The position numbers and the translations under genes were made by a program. Of a DNA stretch of 64,000 bases, positions 59,328 through 64,000 are shown piece after piece (within the stretch, counting starts at the first letter, position 1; every line of letters begins with the position of its first letter). The stretch lies in the NCBI RefSeq assembly GCF_048403405.1, contig NZ_CP183129.1; one strand, written 5' to 3'. The notes beneath the pieces are model-generated. The model worked only from the letters and a program-made list of their open reading frames with translations. It did no database searches and was not told the DNA's origin. The stretch is from Escherichia coli. GTDB taxonomy: Bacteria > Pseudomonadota > Gammaproteobacteria > Enterobacterales > Enterobacteriaceae.

Positions 59328-59604
59328 ACTCTGCACGGATGATTTTTAACTACCTGTTATATTTTTCACCAAATCATGATGATTTTTTCTGCGCTAATCG
59401 CGAACCCAACGCCGCTGGCTGGCTAACAAACAGACGTTATTTGATCACTCTATTTCGCCGTTATTTATCCCTTTAATTCCCTTTTCTAAAATGCCTGACC
59501 GTTCGCAGAATGAGATTTCGATCATGCAGCTAGTGCGATCCTGAACTAAGGTTTTCTGATACTTGAATACCGTTTTATTCGGTTTCGCCAAAGGAGAATG
59601 ATTG

Positions 59605-61302
59605 ATGAAATCCCCCGCAGCTTCTCGCCCGCTAAAAATGGCGTTAATTCCAGCCTGCATTTTTTTGTGTTTCGCTGCGCTATCGGTGCAGGCAGAAGAA
59701 ACACCGGTAACGCCACAGCCGCCTGATATTTTATTAGGGCCGCTGTTTAATGATGTGCAAAACGCCAAACTTTTTCCGGACCAAAAAACCTTTGCCGATG
59801 CCGTGCCGAACAGCGATCCGCTGATGATCCTTGCTGATTATCGGATGCAGCAAAACCAGAGCGGATTTGATCTGCGCCATTTCGTTAACGTCAATTTCAC
59901 CCTGCCGAAAGAGGGCGAGAAATATGTTCCGCCAGAGGGGCAATCACTACGCGAACATATTGACGGACTTTGGCCGGTATTAACGCGTTCTACCGAAAAT
60001 ACCGAAAAATGGGATTCTCTGTTACCGCTGCCGGAACCTTATGTCGTGCCGGGCGGACGTTTTCGCGAGGTATATTACTGGGACAGTTACTTCACCATGT
60101 TAGGACTTGCCGAAAGCGGTCACTGGGATAAAGTCGCGGATATGGTGGCCAATTTTGCTCATGAAATAGACACTTACGGTCATATTCCCAACGGCAACCG
60201 CAGTTACTATTTAAGTCGCTCGCAGCCGCCCTTCTTTGCCCTGATGGTAGAGTTACTGGCGCAGCATGAAGGTGATGCCGCGTTGAAGCAATACCTGCCG
60301 CAAATGCAAAAAGAATATGCTTACTGGATGGACGGTGTTGAAAACCTGCAAGCCGGACAACAGGAAAAACGCGTTGTAAAACTTCAGGATGGTACCCTTC
60401 TCAACCGCTACTGGGACGATCGCGATACGCCACGACCAGAGTCATGGGTGGAAGATATTGCCACCGCCAAAAGCAATCCGAATCGACCTGCCACTGAAAT
60501 TTACCGCGACCTGCGCTCTGCCGCTGCGTCTGGCTGGGATTTCAGCTCGCGCTGGATGGACAACCCGCAGCAGTTAAATACCTTACGCACCACCAGCATC
60601 GTACCGGTCGATCTGAACAGCCTGATGTTTAAAATGGAAAAAATCCTCGCCCGCGCCAGCAAAGCTGCCGGAGATAACGCGATGGCAAACCAGTACGAAA
60701 CGCTGGCGAATGCCCGTCAAAAAGGGATCGAAAAATACCTGTGGAACGATCAACAAGGCTGGTATGCCGATTACGACCTGAAAAGTCATAAAGTGCGCAA
60801 TCAGTTAACCGCGGCCGCCCTGTTCCCGCTGTACGTCAATGCGGCAGCGAAAGATCGCGCCAGCAAAATGGCGACGGCGACGAAAACACATCTGCTGCAA
60901 CCAGGCGGCCTGAACACCACGTCGGTGAAAAGTGGGCAACAATGGGATGCGCCAAACGGCTGGGCACCGTTGCAGTGGGTCGCGACAGAAGGGTTACAAA
61001 ACTACGGGCAAAAAGAGGTGGCGATGGACATTAGCTGGCACTTCCTGACCAATGTTCAGCACACCTATGACCGGGAGAAAAAGCTGGTGGAAAAATATGA
61101 TGTCAGCACCACCGGAACAGGGGGCGGCGGTGGCGAATATCCATTACAGGATGGCTTTGGCTGGACCAATGGCGTGACGCTGAAAATGCTGGATTTGATC
61201 TGCCCGAAAGAGCAACCGTGTGACAATGTTCCGGCGACGCGTCCACTCAGTGAATCAACAACACAGCCGCTAAAACAAAAAGAGGCGGAACCTACGCCTT
61301 AA
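59605..61302 (+). CDS. treA: periplasmic trehalase
   Basis: 565 aa from the second Met (MKSPAASRP...), signal peptide, glycoside hydrolase family 37 motifs. Confidence 0.95.
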   Translation: MKSPAASRPLKMALIPACIFLCFAALSVQAEETPVTPQPPDILLGPLFNDVQNAKLFPDQKTFADAVPNSDPLMILADYRMQQNQSGFDLRHFVNVNFTLPKEGEKYVPPEGQSLREHIDGLWPVLTRSTENTEKWDSLLPLPEPYVVPGGRFREVYYWDSYFTMLGLAESGHWDKVADMVANFAHEIDTYGHIPNGNRSYYLSRSQPPFFALMVELLAQHEGDAALKQYLPQMQKEYAYWMDGVENLQAGQQEKRVVKLQDGTLLNRYWDDRDTPRPESWVEDIATAKSNPNRPATEIYRDLRSAAASGWDFSSRWMDNPQQLNTLRTTSIVPVDLNSLMFKMEKILARASKAAGDNAMANQYETLANARQKGIEKYLWNDQQGWYADYDLKSHKVRNQLTAAALFPLYVNAAAKDRASKMATATKTHLLQPGGLNTTSVKSGQQWDAPNGWAPLQWVATEGLQNYGQKEVAMDISWHFLTNVQHTYDREKKLVEKYDVSTTGTGGGGGEYPLQDGFGWTNGVTLKMLDLICPKEQPCDNVPATRPLSESTTQPLKQKEAEPTP

Positions 61303-61316
61303 CTTTACTGTATATC

Positions 61317-61360
61317 GAGCAATGCCATTACGTGCATAAAATTGGCATTGCTCTTTCTTC
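61317..61360 (+). terminator. treA intrinsic terminator
   Basis: gagcaatgcca...tggcattgctc stem followed by tttcttc. Confidence 0.6.
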
Positions 61361-61638
61361 ATCACGAAATACCAAATACCACTCTTTCTACGGTCTATGC
61401 CTTTATTTTCTTTTATTAGAGAAGATTTTAATTTTATTTTATCAACTTGTTAATCATTACACCTCTATTTATATTTTCCCCCACTCCCCATTCTCCCTGA
61501 CAATTTTCTTGTGGAACAAAGTGTTATTTAAGAAACAAGCAAATCATTCTGTCTCTTTAGACAAATTTTGACATCAAACATGATCTTTTTCGCTATATGT
61601 GTAAGTATATATCGGTTTTAATTATCAGGATATTACTT

Positions 61639-62661
61639 ATGTCACTAACCAGACGGAGGTTTACACAGATTCTTGCGTCGACATTGTTCCTGCATCATCT
61701 GCCGTCCTTTGCACTATCAGTCAAATTCTGGGCCTCACTGACGCTTCCCGAAGCCCAAAACATTACACGCATCGTCAGCGCAGGCGCGCCCGCCGATTTA
61801 CTATTGCTGGCTGTCGCGCCAGAAAAAATGGTCGGTTTTTCCTCTTTTGATTTTGCCCGTCAGGCATTAATTCCATTGCCAAAGCACATTCGCCAGTTCC
61901 CCAGGCTGGGACGACTCGCCGGGCGCGCCAGCACACTCTCGCTGGAAGGGCTTATGGCGTTACATCCCGATTTGGTCGTTGATTGCGGCAATACGGATGA
62001 AACCTGGATCTCCCAGGCACGGCAGGTTAGCGAACAGACACAAATACCCTGGTTATTGCTTAACGGGAAACTGGAACAATCAGCAGAACAGTTAACAACG
62101 CTTGGCAAAACGTTAGGCGAAGAGCACCGCACCGCAGAACAAGCCAATCTCGCCAGCCGCTTCGTTGGTGAAGCTCAGGCATTCGCCACCTCACCCGCCG
62201 CTAACCTCAGCTTTTATGCTGCGCGCGGTCCTCGAGGGCTGGAAACGGGCTTACAGGGTTCGTTGCATACCGAGGCGGCGGAATTATTAGGTTTGCACAA
62301 CGTCGCGCAAATAGCCGATCGCCACGGTCTGACACAGGTTTCCATGGAAAATCTCCTGCGCTGGCAGCCGGATATTATTCTGGTTCAGGAGGCCGTTACT
62401 GCAGATTTTATTCGTCGTGATCCTCTCTGGCAGGGCGTGAAAGCGGTTGCGGAACAACGCATCTTATTTTTAAGTGGCCTGCCCTTTGGCTGGCTGGATG
62501 CCCCGCCGGGAATCAACCGTCTTCTGGGATTACGCAGACTTCACGCCTGGCTGGATCCCGCCATCAATCGCCAGTTTAAAAGTGACATGCAGCATTACGC
62601 CCAACTGTTCTGGCATTGCCTATTAAGTGACGCCGACTATCAAAAATTGGTGGCGAGCTAA
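61639..62661 (+). CDS. ABC transporter periplasmic substrate-binding protein (iron-siderophore/hemin/B12 class)
   Basis: Start at MSLTRRRFTQILASTL (arginine-rich, Tat-like signal) inside the 354 aa ORF-track entry; composition and operon context of class III binding proteins. Confidence 0.75.
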   Translation: MSLTRRRFTQILASTLFLHHLPSFALSVKFWASLTLPEAQNITRIVSAGAPADLLLLAVAPEKMVGFSSFDFARQALIPLPKHIRQFPRLGRLAGRASTLSLEGLMALHPDLVVDCGNTDETWISQARQVSEQTQIPWLLLNGKLEQSAEQLTTLGKTLGEEHRTAEQANLASRFVGEAQAFATSPAANLSFYAARGPRGLETGLQGSLHTEAAELLGLHNVAQIADRHGLTQVSMENLLRWQPDIILVQEAVTADFIRRDPLWQGVKAVAEQRILFLSGLPFGWLDAPPGINRLLGLRRLHAWLDPAINRQFKSDMQHYAQLFWHCLLSDADYQKLVAS

Positions 62662-63641
62662 TGAGAACCGTAAACGGATGTATTTTGCTGCTGGCAGCTA
62701 TCAGTATCACTTTTGCCGCCGTAAGTGGGGCTTATCATCTCGATATACAGCAACTGCTGGCGCTCATTCTTCGTCAAGAAAATGTTCCTGTGCAGGAACA
62801 AATTGTCTTCTGGCAAATCCGCGTGCCGCGTATTCTTGCTGCGCTGTTTCTGGGCGCGGCGCTGGCAGGGGCCGGAACCACCTATCAGGGAATGTTCCGT
62901 AATCCCTTAGTGTCACCGGATATTTTAGGCGTCTCCGCCGGTGCCGGACTTGGTGCCTGCGCGGCAATCCTGTGGGGATTATCCATTGTTTACATCCAGC
63001 TGTACGCATTTTGCGGCGGGCTGATGGTGGTCGCGGGCGTCTGGTTGATTACGCGTCGGGTGACCCGCCACGATCCGATCTTAACCCTGGTGCTGGTAGG
63101 CATTGCGTTAGGAACGTTGTGCGGAGCGGGGATATCGCTAATAAAAACGCTGGCCGATCCTTACACCCAGTTACCGTCAATTACCTTCTGGTTGCTGGGG
63201 GGGCTGTCCACCGTGACCTTACGCGATCTCTGCTATGCTGCACCGATCATTCTCATAGGCTCCTTGCCCCTGTTTTTTCTCCGCTGGCGTATGAATTTAC
63301 TCACGCTTTCCGACGACGAAGCCCGTTCGCTGGGACTGAACGTGACACGTCTGCGCTTTGGATTAATTGTCTGCGCCACACTAATCACCGCCAGCACGGT
63401 AGCAATAGCGGGCATAATTGGTTGGGTCGGCCTGGTCGTTCCGCACATTGCCCGCTTGTTGACCGGTCATAACCATCAGCAGCTGTTGCCCATGGCAATG
63501 TGTACTGGCGCGATTCTGCTCCTGCTTACCGATACGCTGGCACGCAGCATTGGAACAACAGAAATCCCACTTGGCATTCTGACCGCTTTTGTTGGTGCAC
63601 CGTTTTTCCTGTTTTTGTTGTTACGCGGAGGTCGCCAGTGA
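62661..63641 (+). CDS. ABC transporter permease, FecCD/BtuC family
   Basis: 326 aa multi-TM protein, start overlaps the binding-protein stop. Confidence 0.8.
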   Translation: MRTVNGCILLLAAISITFAAVSGAYHLDIQQLLALILRQENVPVQEQIVFWQIRVPRILAALFLGAALAGAGTTYQGMFRNPLVSPDILGVSAGAGLGACAAILWGLSIVYIQLYAFCGGLMVVAGVWLITRRVTRHDPILTLVLVGIALGTLCGAGISLIKTLADPYTQLPSITFWLLGGLSTVTLRDLCYAAPIILIGSLPLFFLRWRMNLLTLSDDEARSLGLNVTRLRFGLIVCATLITASTVAIAGIIGWVGLVVPHIARLLTGHNHQQLLPMAMCTGAILLLLTDTLARSIGTTEIPLGILTAFVGAPFFLFLLLRGGRQ

Positions 63642-64000
63642 CTTTGCTTGCCGTCCGTCATGCGTCTCTGGGTTACTCCCGCCATCCGGTGCTACGCGAC
63701 GTGTCCTTCACCCTGTCGCAAGGAACAATTTGTTGTCTGTTAGGAGCCAATGGTTGCGGCAAAACCACACTCATGCGCTCCATTCTTGGCGTTATACCGT
63801 TATTAAAAGGCGAGATCTTACTGGATAGCCTCCCTGTGCAGACACTCAGCCATCGCCAGCGCGCGCAGGCTATTGCCTGGGTGCCGCAGGCGCACGACGG
63901 CATTTTTGCTTTTAGTGTGCTGGATATGGTGTTGATGGGCCTGGCCCCCACCATAGGCGCTTTTTCCGTTCCCGGTAAGCAAGAACGCCTGAAAGCAACG
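63638..64000 (+). CDS. ABC transporter ATP-binding protein (5' part; runs off the window end)
   Basis: GTG start overlapping the permease stop; Walker A GANGCGKTT; open to the end of the window. Confidence 0.8.
   Translation, partial: MTLLAVRHASLGYSRHPVLRDVSFTLSQGTICCLLGANGCGKTTLMRSILGVIPLLKGEILLDSLPVQTLSHRQRAQAIAWVPQAHDGIFAFSVLDMVLMGLAPTIGAFSVPGKQERLKAT

Overview
This window reads as a contiguous stretch of Escherichia coli-type core chromosome, in reverse orientation relative to the K-12 map as I recall it: (kch 3' end?)-cls-yciU / oppFDCBA / ychE / adhE / tdk / hns / galU / rssBA / ychJ / purU / tyrT-tyrV-rtT(tpr) / narIJHG / narK / narXL / ychO / ychN / chaCBA / ldr-rdl repeats / kdsA-ychA-ychQ-prmC-prfA-hemA / lolB-ispE-prs / dauA / ychH / pth / ychF / autotransporter (ycgV-like) / dhaR / dhaKLM / treA, ending in a three-gene ABC importer. 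Gene identities were assigned by reading the translated ORFs against protein families I recognise; no database search was run and no coordinates were checked against a reference. I did not find a convincing previously undescribed system. The parts that are not ordinary housekeeping are: two 100% identical IS200-family insertions, each sitting directly against an intrinsic terminator; a two-copy Ldr/Rdl type I toxin-antitoxin tandem repeat; an AIDA-type autotransporter behind a long AT-rich leader; and a siderophore/B12-type ABC importer downstream of treA where I recall different genes in K-12. Many ORF-track entries are long antisense shadows of nar, adhE and other genes and were rejected; several real genes start at an internal ATG/GTG of the listed ORF, and those starts are given here.
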